The notes under the pieces were generated by a model. The model ran no database searches. It was given only the letters and a program-made list of their open reading frames with translations, and had not been told where the DNA came from. 64,000 bases of DNA from Aulosira sp. ZfuVER01 (lineage in GTDB: Bacteria > Cyanobacteriota > Cyanobacteriia > Cyanobacteriales > Nostocaceae). Numbering within the stretch: position 1 is the stretch's first letter; every line of letters starts with the position of its first letter. Shown in pieces: positions 18,202-28,437 of the stretch. Location: positions 64,001 through 128,000 of the forward strand of contig JAVRCV020000073.1 of the NCBI GenBank assembly GCA_034530615.2. The letters are read 5' to 3'. A program made the position numbers and the translations under genes.

Positions 18202-21180
18202 TTAATTTTTAGCTGCAACAGCATTGCTCAATTTCGCTTTAAGGTCTGCCCAGCTAATACCAGCTAAACTGGGTAAAACCACATGAGCTGCACCCACTCG
18301 TTCAACGGGGCCGAGTCCTACCGTCCACATCCCAGCAGCTAAAGCAGCTTCAATGCCTGCGGCAGCATCTTCTACAACTACACATTGACTGGGTGGTAAT
18401 CCTAGCAGGTTAGCAGCGAATAGAAATAAGTCGGGTGCTGGCTTGGGTTTTTGTACACTATAACCATCTGCTATCGCATCTACTTTGTCAGCAATGCCTA
18501 GTTTTTCAACAACTGTGTGGGCATTTTTGCTAGCTGAACCAATGGCGATTTTAATTCCAGCTTGGCGCAGTTCATCTAATAAGGCGATCGCACCCGGTAA
18601 CAAATCCTGGGGTGTAATATTTTCAATAGATTCAACGTAGTAACGGTTCTTGCGCTCCATCATCTCTTGGATTTGAGCTTCCGAATACGGTCTATCTTTG
18701 ACGATTAGCATCAGTGATTCCCGACGAGACACACCCCGCAACGCCTCGTTATCCTGCCGATTAAAGGGTATCCCCTCCTCATCGGCTAGTTTCTGCCAAG
18801 CGCGATAGTGGTACTCGGCGGTATCTGTTAACACCCCATCTAAATCAAAAATTACTCCCCGAATATCAGAGGAAAGAGCCGCTTTGCTCTGTAATTCGGT
18901 TTCGGGAACCAAGTTCGAGAAACTTTCCCCCTTGCTCCCCGCACCCTGCTCCTCTGCCTCTTGTTGATGCAAATCAAACTCATGCCACTGCCCACGCCAA
19001 TGCAATCGGAATTTCAGGCGCGTCCAGCCTGGGGGTAGATGGGGATTAGCTACAGGGCCATTTTCTGTCATTTGGATGCCACCAAAGCCAAAAATCACTG
19101 CCTGCCAGATACCGCCAGCACTGGCACCGTGTATCCCTTCATTAGTATTACCCCGGACATCTAATAGATCCACCATCGCGGCTTGCATAAACCGTTCGTA
19201 AGCTTCTGCTGAGTTACCTAAATCTGAGGCTAAGATGGCGTGAATAGCTGGGCCGAGGGAAGAACCATAGGTAATATCCGTGCGCGGTGCGTAGTAGTCC
19301 CAGTTTGTCTGCAAGGTTTTTTGGTCATAGGGAAATTCCCCTGATTGGCGCATCAGATAAAGCAGCATTAACACATCTGGTTGCTTGAGTACCTGCCGCT
19401 TATTTGCTCCCTCAATACCTAAGATGGCTTGCATAGAACGAGTGCGCGGTTCGTACTCATGTAAGTCGATATCTTCCAACTTAAAAAATCCTTCGTACTG
19501 CTCGATCGTTCCTGTGGCGGGATCGTGGAGAATCCAGATATTAGCGATGATATCTTGCCAGCGCGATCGCTGTTTGATACTCAGGTGCAATTTCTCTTCT
19601 AGTTCCGCCGCGTGTGCGGGGAAGGTAGCCTTGAGCCAATCATAGACTTTGATTGCTCTTTCTAAATGCCATTGCACCATGCGGTTGGTAAAGGCATTGT
19701 TGTGAACAAACTCGTGGTATTCGTCTGCACCGATGACTCCGCGAATCTCATAGCGTTCGTATTTAGGGTTGAACTCGACTCGACTACCCCAGAATATTGC
19801 TGTATCGAGAATAATTTCTGCACCAAAATCTCGCATCCACTCATCATCGCCAGTTGCTTGCCAGTAGTACCAAACGGCGTAGGCAATATCTGCACTAATA
19901 TGAATTTCGCGATCGCGACACCAAATCCGCACATCTTCCCCGTATGGATCGTTAGGTAGCGCCCACCTGGGTGTAACTTCATCCCCAGTATCAGCACTTT
20001 CCCAGGCAAACATCGCTCCCTTGTAACCATCATGGGCTGCTTTGCGTCGCGCTCCATTCAAAGTGTGGTAGCGGTAACTAAGAAGATTTTGGGCTAAAGC
20101 TGGTTGAGTATAAGTAAAAAACGGTAGTATAAAAATTTCTGTATCCCAAAATATATGGCCGTGATAACCGAACCCAGATAGGGCTTTGGCTGGAATACTT
20201 ACCTTGTCATCATTTTTTGGGGCGGCAATTAATAGCTGAAACAGATTGTAGCGGACAGCAAAAGCAGCTATACTATCGCCTTCAATCGCAATATCACTTT
20301 TTTGCCAAATCTCATGCCATGCCTGTTCTTGGGCTTGGAGTAGTGTTACATAGTTAGGTAAGAGCCTCAGTTTTTCTTGGGCTGCTTTTTCTGGTACAGC
20401 AACTTCCCGCGAGGTAAAAACTGTAACTACCTTCTCTGCCGTCACTGTCTGGTTTGATGTCGCTGAGAATGTCGCACTCAAGGTAGGATACCCTGGTGCG
20501 CTGTTAACCTGCAAAGATGCCTCCGCTCCAGAAATTGTCAACTTAGCTGCCAGACCGATATCAATTCTTGAGTTGCGGGTGCGGCGATGCAACCAAACAC
20601 CTTGCTCAGTCTTGTCTTGTTCTAGCCATTCCCAGTGATTAAAACCAGGATTTTCTGGATAGCCGTTGATGCTAGCCTGAATTTCAATCAAACCATCAAA
20701 ATCTAGGGGTGTAACTTGACAGCGTTGCCCTAAAACGTGCTGATCTGCCATGCTGGCGAAGCGTTCAAAATGTAGGTCTATCGTGCTTCCTGTAGGACTG
20801 CGCCAACGTACAGAACGGCTCAGAAGACCCCGGCGCACATCAAGTTGCCGATTATATTTTAATATCTCTCCTCGATCGAGGCGGAAGCGATCGCCATTAA
20901 TCGTCACTACCAGTGGTAGCCAGTCAGGACAGTTAACCAGTTCTGTGTAAACTACAGGCACTTCATCATAGACACCGTGGATGAAGGTAGCTGGTAATGC
21001 CCGCATATAACCTTCTTCAAAGCTACCCCGTGTTCCCAGATAACCATTGCCAATTGTGAACATGGTTTCTCGGCAGTGCAACTGCTCAGGGTCAAACTGG
21101 GTTTCGGTTAATATCCAATCTTTATAGATAAAATGGCGAGAACGACCTGTTATATCCATCTCAATCTCTTTAGTTGTCAT
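18202..21180 (-). CDS. GH65 glycoside phosphorylase (kojibiose/maltose/trehalose type) fused to beta-phosphoglucomutase
   Basis: GNGYLGTRG, GHIFWDTE, GADEYHE, KQPDV and GSSL motifs, plus C-terminal HAD domain FDLDGVLTDTA...KPKPAPD...VEDAAAG. Confidence 0.92.
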   Translation of the reverse strand: MTTKEIEMDITGRSRHFIYKDWILTETQFDPEQLHCRETMFTIGNGYLGTRGSFEEGYMRALPATFIHGVYDEVPVVYTELVNCPDWLPLVVTINGDRFRLDRGEILKYNRQLDVRRGLLSRSVRWRSPTGSTIDLHFERFASMADQHVLGQRCQVTPLDFDGLIEIQASINGYPENPGFNHWEWLEQDKTEQGVWLHRRTRNSRIDIGLAAKLTISGAEASLQVNSAPGYPTLSATFSATSNQTVTAEKVVTVFTSREVAVPEKAAQEKLRLLPNYVTLLQAQEQAWHEIWQKSDIAIEGDSIAAFAVRYNLFQLLIAAPKNDDKVSIPAKALSGFGYHGHIFWDTEIFILPFFTYTQPALAQNLLSYRYHTLNGARRKAAHDGYKGAMFAWESADTGDEVTPRWALPNDPYGEDVRIWCRDREIHISADIAYAVWYYWQATGDDEWMRDFGAEIILDTAIFWGSRVEFNPKYERYEIRGVIGADEYHEFVHNNAFTNRMVQWHLERAIKVYDWLKATFPAHAAELEEKLHLSIKQRSRWQDIIANIWILHDPATGTIEQYEGFFKLEDIDLHEYEPRTRSMQAILGIEGANKRQVLKQPDVLMLLYLMRQSGEFPYDQKTLQTNWDYYAPRTDITYGSSLGPAIHAILASDLGNSAEAYERFMQAAMVDLLDVRGNTNEGIHGASAGGIWQAVIFGFGGIQMTENGPVANPHLPPGWTRLKFRLHWRGQWHEFDLHQQEAEEQGAGSKGESFSNLVPETELQSKAALSSDIRGVIFDLDGVLTDTAEYHYRAWQKLADEEGIPFNRQDNEALRGVSRRESLMLIVKDRPYSEAQIQEMMERKNRYYVESIENITPQDLLPGAIALLDELRQAGIKIAIGSASKNAHTVVEKLGIADKVDAIADGYSVQKPKPAPDLFLFAANLLGLPPSQCVVVEDAAAGIEAALAAGMWTVGLGPVERVGAAHVVLPSLAGISWADLKAKLSNAVAAKN

Positions 21181-21303
21181 TTGTCATTAGGCATTAGGGC
21201 ATTGGGCATTGGGCAAAAAGGGAATAGGCAATAGTCAAGATTTATTAGTTATTTCTCTCTTGTCCCCCTTGTCTCTTTCATCCTCCTCAACCCCTCTGCT
21301 TCA

Positions 21304-23715
21304 CTAACGATGCATATGCTGTTCTAAAATCATCTCGGCTCTGGGTTTATAAATCTGATGGAATAAGTTATCCACGTAGCGGACTCTCGCTTCGGTATTT
21401 TCTGGTGCTACAAAATTCCAGAAACTGTAGATTTTAGCCAGCAAAAGTAACTGATTGCTGTGTATCCGCCAGTTGTACTTATTATGAATGCGTTGGATCA
21501 TCCAATCCGAGACTTCATCCCATTGTTCGGGATGAGCATCGCATTGATTGAAGAAATCCAACATTCTGTTAGCAGATCCTTCTAAATCTGTAGGGTTGAG
21601 AGTAAATTTATGTTCTCGCTCCTCAATAATTTCTAAAGCACCACCAAATTGAGTGGCGAAAGTTGGCAACCCAGAAATCATCGCTTCCAAAATACTTCTA
21701 CCAAAGGCTTCAAATCGGGCAAAGTGGACATAAATACCTTTTTTATCAGCAACTACTCGGTAGGCTTCGCCAATCTCACCGCTAGGCAGACGCATCCCCA
21801 GCCACCTGATATGACCTTGGAGATGGTATTGCTCGATAATATCGTGAAGTTTTTGAATTTCTGCGGCTTCTTCAGCGTTGATGGCTTCTGATGTGTGTAA
21901 CTTGCTGGTTAATATCAACAAGTTGCAATGCTCTTGCAAAGCCTGACTTTTACCAAAGCACTCAGCCAAGCCAGTCAGATTTTTGATTGAGATAATCGGA
22001 GCTACAGACAAAATCGGTCGCTTATCAGGGTTATCTAAGTGACCCCAAATTTGCGGATCTTCGCGGTGAAAAAGCAAGTCTTTGAGATTTTGGCGCAGAT
22101 TCGGCTCTCGATTTTCCAAACGCCTGAAAGGGAAAAAGATGTCTTCGTTTACACCTGGTGGTACTACGTTGAACTTATGACTAAATAGATCGATGCCATC
22201 AATCACGTGATACAGCTGGGGCATCGTAAAACATTTGTATGACTCATACTGTCCGATATTGTCTGGTGTGCCGACAATTTCTTGGTAGGACGAAGTAACA
22301 ATAAAGTCGGCGGCATTCATGTTGATTAAATCAGCAGTGAACTGTGCCGAGAAGTGGTATCTTTCCTCTAAATCTTGCCAGTAAAGATTGCTAAATAGGT
22401 GTTTCGGCTTTTCTAAAGCGTGAGCAATATGGCAATGAGTAACTTTAAGCCGTTTGGCAAGGAGAAAAGCGACTAAGTTGCCATCGGTGTAGTTACCAAT
22501 TAATAGATGTGGGTTGCCTTTAAATTCAGTTAGTAGTTCTTGTTCTGCATCTTGGGCAAATGTTTCTAAATAAGGCCAAATCTCAAATTTAGAAATCCAA
22601 TTATTAGTAATTTCGGGGTTGAATTCTGCAAAAGGTACACGCAATATCCAACCATTTTCTGTACCCTCGATTTTTTCCCGCCGGAGATTACATTCTGTGC
22701 CTTCGCAGTTAGGAATCAGTCGGGTGAGAACAATTACATGGGGTTGAATATCCAAAAGGTCAAGACCTGAAAGTTGAATTTCTGCCCGTAGTTTGTTTTC
22801 TAAGCTGCGCGCTTGTTCCAACACATAAACAACTTGACCTAGTGTTTCATCTCTACCTACAACTCCCTCTTGCGCTACCCAGCCGTGTATGGAAATCAGC
22901 ACCACACGAAAGACTGCGGGAATCCGAGCCACAAATGCTTCAAGGATTGCTGGCTGTGGATTGTCAAGAAAGCGTTGCAAAAGTTCTAGAGTTTCGCGCA
23001 TTCGCGAAGCTGTGTTACCCCAACCTGGTTCAAAACCGAGTTCTTCGAGTTCAAAGCGAAATTTTTCGTAGGGTGTGTCAGGATGTTGCTGACTGAGGAA
23101 TTTGAGGACTTGCTGAATTTTTTGGGCTAACTGAGTACCTGAATGAATGCGATCGTTGATCAGCATTTCAATACCATCAAAACTCAGCCGATGTAGTACT
23201 TTAAATAAAACCTCTAAACAGTAGTGAGGGTCTGTAAAGACTTGACTGCAAAGATAACGGTTGAGAAAGGCTAAACCTTGACCAATATTTCTTGGGTCGC
23301 TAATGGTTGGGGAATTAGCGTAAAAGGGATGAAGGTCTATATCTAGAATGTGGGGTTGGTAGCGATTAACTAGGCGATCTCTGACATCTAGCAATTCTTG
23401 AGGTGTCATGAGTTCAAATTTAGTAAATTCTTCTGTTAGTCGCCAAACCTCCTGACTACCAATCCTGGGACGAACAACGAACCAAGTATTTTCCTCTTCT
23501 AAAATGATTTCATGACAGTAGTGAATAAGTTTACCTACAGAAGAAGAATTGTAAAAGTACGTAGGCTTATGAGATTGCTGGCAATAGTCAGCAAAAGCTT
23601 GTAAAATCTCATTTCTTAAGAAATAACGCTTATCTGTGGCACTAAGCGCCAAAATCAACTGACGCAGAGCAGTTTTATCATCACTGTTTAAGGCAGCTTG
23701 AACTAGTTCATACAT
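21304..23715 (-). CDS. susB: Sucrose synthase (SusB type)
   Basis: IGQGLAFLNR, GQVVYVLEQ, GNYTDGN, HALEK, YHFSAQFTAD and FEAFG motifs. Adjacency to the GH65-betaPGM gene matches recalled PCC 7120 all1059/all1058. Confidence 0.88.
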   Translation of the reverse strand: MYELVQAALNSDDKTALRQLILALSATDKRYFLRNEILQAFADYCQQSHKPTYFYNSSSVGKLIHYCHEIILEEENTWFVVRPRIGSQEVWRLTEEFTKFELMTPQELLDVRDRLVNRYQPHILDIDLHPFYANSPTISDPRNIGQGLAFLNRYLCSQVFTDPHYCLEVLFKVLHRLSFDGIEMLINDRIHSGTQLAQKIQQVLKFLSQQHPDTPYEKFRFELEELGFEPGWGNTASRMRETLELLQRFLDNPQPAILEAFVARIPAVFRVVLISIHGWVAQEGVVGRDETLGQVVYVLEQARSLENKLRAEIQLSGLDLLDIQPHVIVLTRLIPNCEGTECNLRREKIEGTENGWILRVPFAEFNPEITNNWISKFEIWPYLETFAQDAEQELLTEFKGNPHLLIGNYTDGNLVAFLLAKRLKVTHCHIAHALEKPKHLFSNLYWQDLEERYHFSAQFTADLINMNAADFIVTSSYQEIVGTPDNIGQYESYKCFTMPQLYHVIDGIDLFSHKFNVVPPGVNEDIFFPFRRLENREPNLRQNLKDLLFHREDPQIWGHLDNPDKRPILSVAPIISIKNLTGLAECFGKSQALQEHCNLLILTSKLHTSEAINAEEAAEIQKLHDIIEQYHLQGHIRWLGMRLPSGEIGEAYRVVADKKGIYVHFARFEAFGRSILEAMISGLPTFATQFGGALEIIEEREHKFTLNPTDLEGSANRMLDFFNQCDAHPEQWDEVSDWMIQRIHNKYNWRIHSNQLLLLAKIYSFWNFVAPENTEARVRYVDNLFHQIYKPRAEMILEQHMHR

Positions 23716-24405
23716 GACTAATCCCAGAACTCTAATTAGGTTACGACCTCATTAATTCTCTCCTCAACACAAATTGAACCGCGATCGCTGGTGTTTAGAG
23801 GTACATTTCCCCTTTGATTGTAGATAAGGAATCAAACCCTTTACTTCTAGCTTTAGGATGAGAATTTACACTCCTGTCCTTTGAAGTATACTGACCTGAA
23901 AAATAGAGAATAGGAAACGGAGAACAGGGGAAGAAGAAAAGAAAAAAGGTATTTTTATGCGTGCTAGTTCATCAGTACTACAAGCTGGTCTCCCAACCTA
24001 GGTAAATGGTGTTAGCGTAGCAGTAACGACATAATTCTACGGAGAAGCAAGCTACGTGTAGTGTCTTTGCAGAAGAAGAGGGTTCTCGCTGGGTAGGGTA
24101 TAAGCAGTTTATCGGGACTATTGGCGAATAGCGTTCAGACCCATCAGTGCGAAGTATCTACATCTATAAAAACACTGTAACATCTGAGAATAAATGTCTT
24201 TTTATTTTCAAGGCAGTGCTACTATTGCTATTCATTAAACTTTAAACAAATATCTCTTACAGGCTTATATATCTTTAGTTGTTAGCTATTACTTCATCAA
24301 AATTTTACATAAAATTAAGTATATTTATCCAACACAAAGATAATCTTTCAAAGTTAGAAATGAACGAGGAATAATGCAATCATAGTTTCAGAAAATAATT
24401 AGTCT

Positions 24406-25113
24406 ATGAATTCCAAAATTTTTCAAGCTTTAGCTACTGCTACAACCTTTGCAGGTATTGTCGCTACAAGTGGGGTGGCTAATGCAGCTACTATCACCAG
24501 TTCAAGTTCTACAGGATTTGGGCTAACAAATATTATTGATTCACCTCTTAGCATCCAAAAGTTCGATGCATCTCTTGGTACTCTCAAGAGTGTAAAACTA
24601 GAATTTACTGGCGACTTATTGGGAACCGCAAGATTTGAAAATCTCAGCCCCAGTGCAACTCCAGTAACAGTCAATCTTGCGAGTAACCTAGGCTTAAAAC
24701 TAAATAATCAGTCTTTGTTTGCTCTCAATCCCCAAAATTCCTTTAATTACCAAGTTGGGGCATTTGATAGCACTCTAGATTTTGGCGGCACTTCTGGAAA
24801 AAGTGTTACAGGATTATCAGCCTCACAATCTGATACAAAAACCTACACTGATAGCCAATTTTTGCAGTCTTTTATTGGTGGTGGTAACTTGGAATTTTTG
24901 TTCTCAGCTTTAGCTCAATCAGGTGTTACAGGCTCGGGTAACATGATTTCCTCTATCACCACAGAAGCAAAAGCAGATATAAGAGTCACGTATGACTATG
25001 ATGATTTAAAGTCTGTACCCGAACCATCTGCTGCTCTTGGGCTTGGCTTAATTGCAGGAATTGGTATGCTGGCCAAAAACAAGAAAAACCGACTCAAGAT
25101 CTCAACTTTTTAG
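24406..25113 (+). CDS. PEP-CTERM sorting-domain surface protein (choice-of-anchor E-like)
   Basis: Signal peptide (ANA), KFDASLGTLKSV motif, C-terminal VPEPS + TM + basic tail. Confidence 0.88.
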   Translation: MNSKIFQALATATTFAGIVATSGVANAATITSSSSTGFGLTNIIDSPLSIQKFDASLGTLKSVKLEFTGDLLGTARFENLSPSATPVTVNLASNLGLKLNNQSLFALNPQNSFNYQVGAFDSTLDFGGTSGKSVTGLSASQSDTKTYTDSQFLQSFIGGGNLEFLFSALAQSGVTGSGNMISSITTEAKADIRVTYDYDDLKSVPEPSAALGLGLIAGIGMLAKNKKNRLKISTF

Positions 25114-25241
25114 ACTTTCTAAGCCAGAGAATTAACAAACTGATGCTACATATAGCATAATAACCAAAGTATAATACTAGTTTTATACTTTGATTAGACG
25201 TGCAGTTTTTTCAGATGATTTTGATAGTTTTTCTACATCTT

Positions 25242-25270
25242 AACCCGGATTAGTGGCAATCCGGGTTTTT
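25242..25270 (+). terminator. Rho-independent terminator
   Basis: AACCCGGATT-agtggc-AATCCGGGTT followed by a T-run. Confidence 0.75.
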
Positions 25271-25383
25271 GCTGTTTTGCGAATCGAAAACTCTAATTAA
25301 AAGAATACCTAATTAGTCGTAATCTAGCACTACTGCCCAGAGCCTGTTAACCTCTTACTGGGAGTTCAAAACTTGGGGAATTT

Positions 25384-26259
25384 ATGGATAAAGCAGCTGC
25401 TACTCATTTTGCATCAACTGGCAACTCAGCTATAACTACAGAAGAAATTAAACTACTGGTTTTAGATATAGATGGCACAATTTCTGGGAAGTCTAACACC
25501 ATTAGTAAACCTGTAAAGCAAGCGATCGCCGCAGCGCAAGCACGAGGTATTCAGGTGGCGATCGCTACTGGTAGAATGTATCGTTCGGCTTTGCGTTTTC
25601 ACCAAGAAATTGGCTCTGTTTTACCGTTAGCAGCATATCAGGGAGCTTGGATTCAAGATCCAGCCACCGATAAAATTCATCGCCATTCAACTGTTTCTAG
25701 AGAAATTGCATCTCAGCTACTAGACTATTTTGAACAGCCGCAGTTGCGATCGCTTTTATCTGTTCACTTCTATATCAACGACCAGCTTTATGTGCGAGAG
25801 TTAACAACAGAAACCAAAATCTACGCAGAACGTTCTGGTATTACCGCGATTCCCGTAGGTGATTTGCGTCAAGCCTTAAATAATGAACCTACAAAAGTTT
25901 TGGCTTTGTGTGATGACACTGATGTGATCGACAAAATATTAGGCAATTTGCGCCGTCAATACACACCTGCTGAACTTTACCTCACAACATCTGTTGCTAC
26001 CTTTTTTGAAGCGACTAACGCCTCTGTAAACAAGGGAACTGCTGTGCGTTACCTAGCAGAAGAATTACTAGGATTGCAAAGTGCTAACGTTATGACTATT
26101 GGTGATAACTTCAATGATTTGGAAATGCTAGAGTATGCTGGCATTGGCGTAGCTATGGGTAATGCACCAGCAGGAGTACGAGGTATTGCTAACTGGGTAG
26201 CTCCTACTGTAGAGGAAGATGGAGCCGCAGTAGCAATTGAACAATTTTTACTATCTTAG
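25384..26259 (+). CDS. Cof-type HAD-IIB hydrolase
   Basis: LDIDGT, ATGR, NKG and IGDNFNDLEM motifs. Confidence 0.92.
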   Translation: MDKAAATHFASTGNSAITTEEIKLLVLDIDGTISGKSNTISKPVKQAIAAAQARGIQVAIATGRMYRSALRFHQEIGSVLPLAAYQGAWIQDPATDKIHRHSTVSREIASQLLDYFEQPQLRSLLSVHFYINDQLYVRELTTETKIYAERSGITAIPVGDLRQALNNEPTKVLALCDDTDVIDKILGNLRRQYTPAELYLTTSVATFFEATNASVNKGTAVRYLAEELLGLQSANVMTIGDNFNDLEMLEYAGIGVAMGNAPAGVRGIANWVAPTVEEDGAAVAIEQFLLS

Positions 26260-26284
26260 GAGCGATCTAAAAAACTTGCCCTAT

Positions 26285-26353
26285 AAAATCAGAAAGGACA
26301 CCGACGACTGGCCGTGTTTCGTCTCGGTGCCCCTGCTGGTTCGCTCCTCACAC
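26285..26353 (-). ncRNA. yfr2: Yfr2-family small RNA
   Basis: Minus strand GTGTGAGGAG 5' end about 6 nt after a TATTAT -10 box, then hairpin GGGGCACCGA-GAC-GAAACACGG-...-GTC-G-TCGGTGTCC and a T-rich tail. Confidence 0.72.
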
Positions 26354-26465
26354 ACCTGATAATATAGCCGATGTGATTAATTGAGTCAATAGCTGTTATA
26401 TAAATTTATATTTCTTTCTTCAGAGGGTTTACTGACAAATACCATACTAATAAAGACTACTTTGT

Positions 26466-27428
26466 TCATAACTCTAAAGGAGCAAAAACTCCTAGTTTTT
26501 CTTCTAGCAATAACCTGAATACAGACTGAGTAGCCATGACCAATCCGAGTCTGGCTTGAGCTAGCAGTGGTGACGAAATTTTTACCTTGCCCCAAATGCG
26601 GCACTGGCTCCAGAAATTTTCAAAAGCTTGGCTCAAATTCAGCGCGGCTTTTTCCCAATTAACTGAACCGCCAAAAGCATCGCATTTGAGATCGTCTACT
26701 ACCTGTACTAACTCACCAATCAAATGACTTTCCGCTGGGTGATTGAGGCGAAGTTTTTCATCATTGTTAAGCCAAGGTATAGGGTTGGGACAAAGGATGC
26801 TCCACAAAGCTTGACCGGAAATGCTGAGTAGTGGTTTTTGCTTGTCAAAATTTATTTCTGTATCTGTAAGCACATCTCTAAGTTGAATTAATTCCTCGCG
26901 GTGAGCCTGCTGTAATAGAGAACAGCAACGTGCATGGGCGTATTGCACAGCAAACAAGCGTTGTGGATTTGTAATTGTAGAACGATCTGTTTTGTCCATC
27001 TGTCGATCTAGCTTTAAACTTCCCACAGCGAGATGTTGTAACCAAGCCGCTAAAATTGAGTGAGTCAATTCTAAATAAATCCAGCCTGGGGGAACTACTT
27101 GAATCTTAAAAACGTCACCGCGAGTCGCCAATAAGTCGGAGGCGATCGCATTAGCTATCTCCACAGCTTTTTGATTCTGAGATTTTTCTAGCCGCAGGGC
27201 TATACCAGAAATATATAAAATTCTTTTTTCATCTCTACCTTTGTATAGAGGAAATTTATTATGTTTTATGCATAAGCTTTCTGCTTGATAGGAATAAACA
27301 CTTAGATATTGTTGTATATGGCTGTATGTTAACTGCTTAATTGCTGTGTATTTACTAACTAGTAACTGAAAATGCACGTAGTTCTTGATGAAGACAGCCT
27401 CATCTCCAATTTCTTGATTTTCTGTCAT
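26466..27428 (-). CDS. Stand-alone ArgRS N-terminal-like + DALR anticodon-binding domain protein (start uncertain)
   Basis: PPGWIY, VQYAHARCCSLL, FENFWSQCRI and ARLGLV motifs; no HIGH/KMSKS catalytic core. Confidence 0.8.
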   Translation of the reverse strand: MTENQEIGDEAVFIKNYVHFQLLVSKYTAIKQLTYSHIQQYLSVYSYQAESLCIKHNKFPLYKGRDEKRILYISGIALRLEKSQNQKAVEIANAIASDLLATRGDVFKIQVVPPGWIYLELTHSILAAWLQHLAVGSLKLDRQMDKTDRSTITNPQRLFAVQYAHARCCSLLQQAHREELIQLRDVLTDTEINFDKQKPLLSISGQALWSILCPNPIPWLNNDEKLRLNHPAESHLIGELVQVVDDLKCDAFGGSVNWEKAALNLSQAFENFWSQCRIWGKVKISSPLLAQARLGLVMATQSVFRLLLEEKLGVFAPLEL

Positions 27429-27688
27429 CTATCAAAAGTTATAAGTTTCTTCTTGATAAAGAAAAATGAGAGTAGAATAAAATTTGATGAATATTCAATG
27501 AATAGTGGGTAAACTTTACTACCATCATTGTACAGTAAGAAGTATAACAAAAAGAGTAGAGAGCAATTTGCTTTCTGTTCTTTGGATGGCTGGCGCTGTT
27601 AGGCGTTAAGCCTGCCTCGCCAACACAAAGACACTCCTTGCACCTTTTTATGACGTCTTTGTCTTCAGCCGAACGCTCTTTGTTACCT

Positions 27689-28408
27689 ATGCAATCTCCA
27701 TCCTCCTTTTCAGAGGCTTCACGTCCTTTTTTGACTTGGCAACGCATTCTTGATTGGGCTCAAGAACACTACCGCTGCCGCACTTTCAGCAAAGATGAGC
27801 GCATTCCAGCTAGACCTGGATTGCTATATTTGGTGCAAAGAGGTGCGATTCGTATGGTAGGAACCGCCCAAGTCAGCGCTACTGCCAGTCAGTTAACGTC
27901 TCGACGCATCAACAGAACCCCAGAAGAAGCTTTCTTGGGTTTTGTCGGAGCCGGACAACCGTTTGAAATTGTTGCTCAGTCACCATTCACACTCCAGGCT
28001 TACGCCCATGTTGACCAAACTGCGGTGCTGTGGATGTACTGGCACGACTTGGATAACTGGCCTCACTTCCGCCGCGAAGTTATGGATGCCTTTAGATATC
28101 AGCACCAACGTAAGTTGCTGTGGCTGAGTGCCTTGGGACAACGGCGCACAATTGACCGACTCTTAGGATTCCTCACTTTGTTAATTGAGGAATATGGAGA
28201 GCCAGCAATGAGCGAAACCGATCCCGATGTTATCCGTGGCTATTGTCTGCCTTTCCCCCTGACCCATGCCCAAATTGGTAGTGCGATCGGTTCGACTCGT
28301 GTTACCGTTACCCGTTTAATGGGCAAGTTACGTCAACGCGGCTTAATCCTTACCCAAGGAGATAATCTAATTTGCTTACCAGCAGAGTCGATTAATAGAG
28401 CCAGCTAA
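27689..28408 (+). CDS. devH: Crp/Fnr-family regulator DevH
   Basis: MQSPSSFSEASRPFLTWQRILDWAQEHYR N-terminus, HTH LTHAQIGSAIGSTRVTVTR; 239 aa from ATG at 27689. Confidence 0.9.
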   Translation: MQSPSSFSEASRPFLTWQRILDWAQEHYRCRTFSKDERIPARPGLLYLVQRGAIRMVGTAQVSATASQLTSRRINRTPEEAFLGFVGAGQPFEIVAQSPFTLQAYAHVDQTAVLWMYWHDLDNWPHFRREVMDAFRYQHQRKLLWLSALGQRRTIDRLLGFLTLLIEEYGEPAMSETDPDVIRGYCLPFPLTHAQIGSAIGSTRVTVTRLMGKLRQRGLILTQGDNLICLPAESINRAS

Positions 28409-28437
28409 AGTTCAGATCTGCTGTCAATAAGCAGGTG

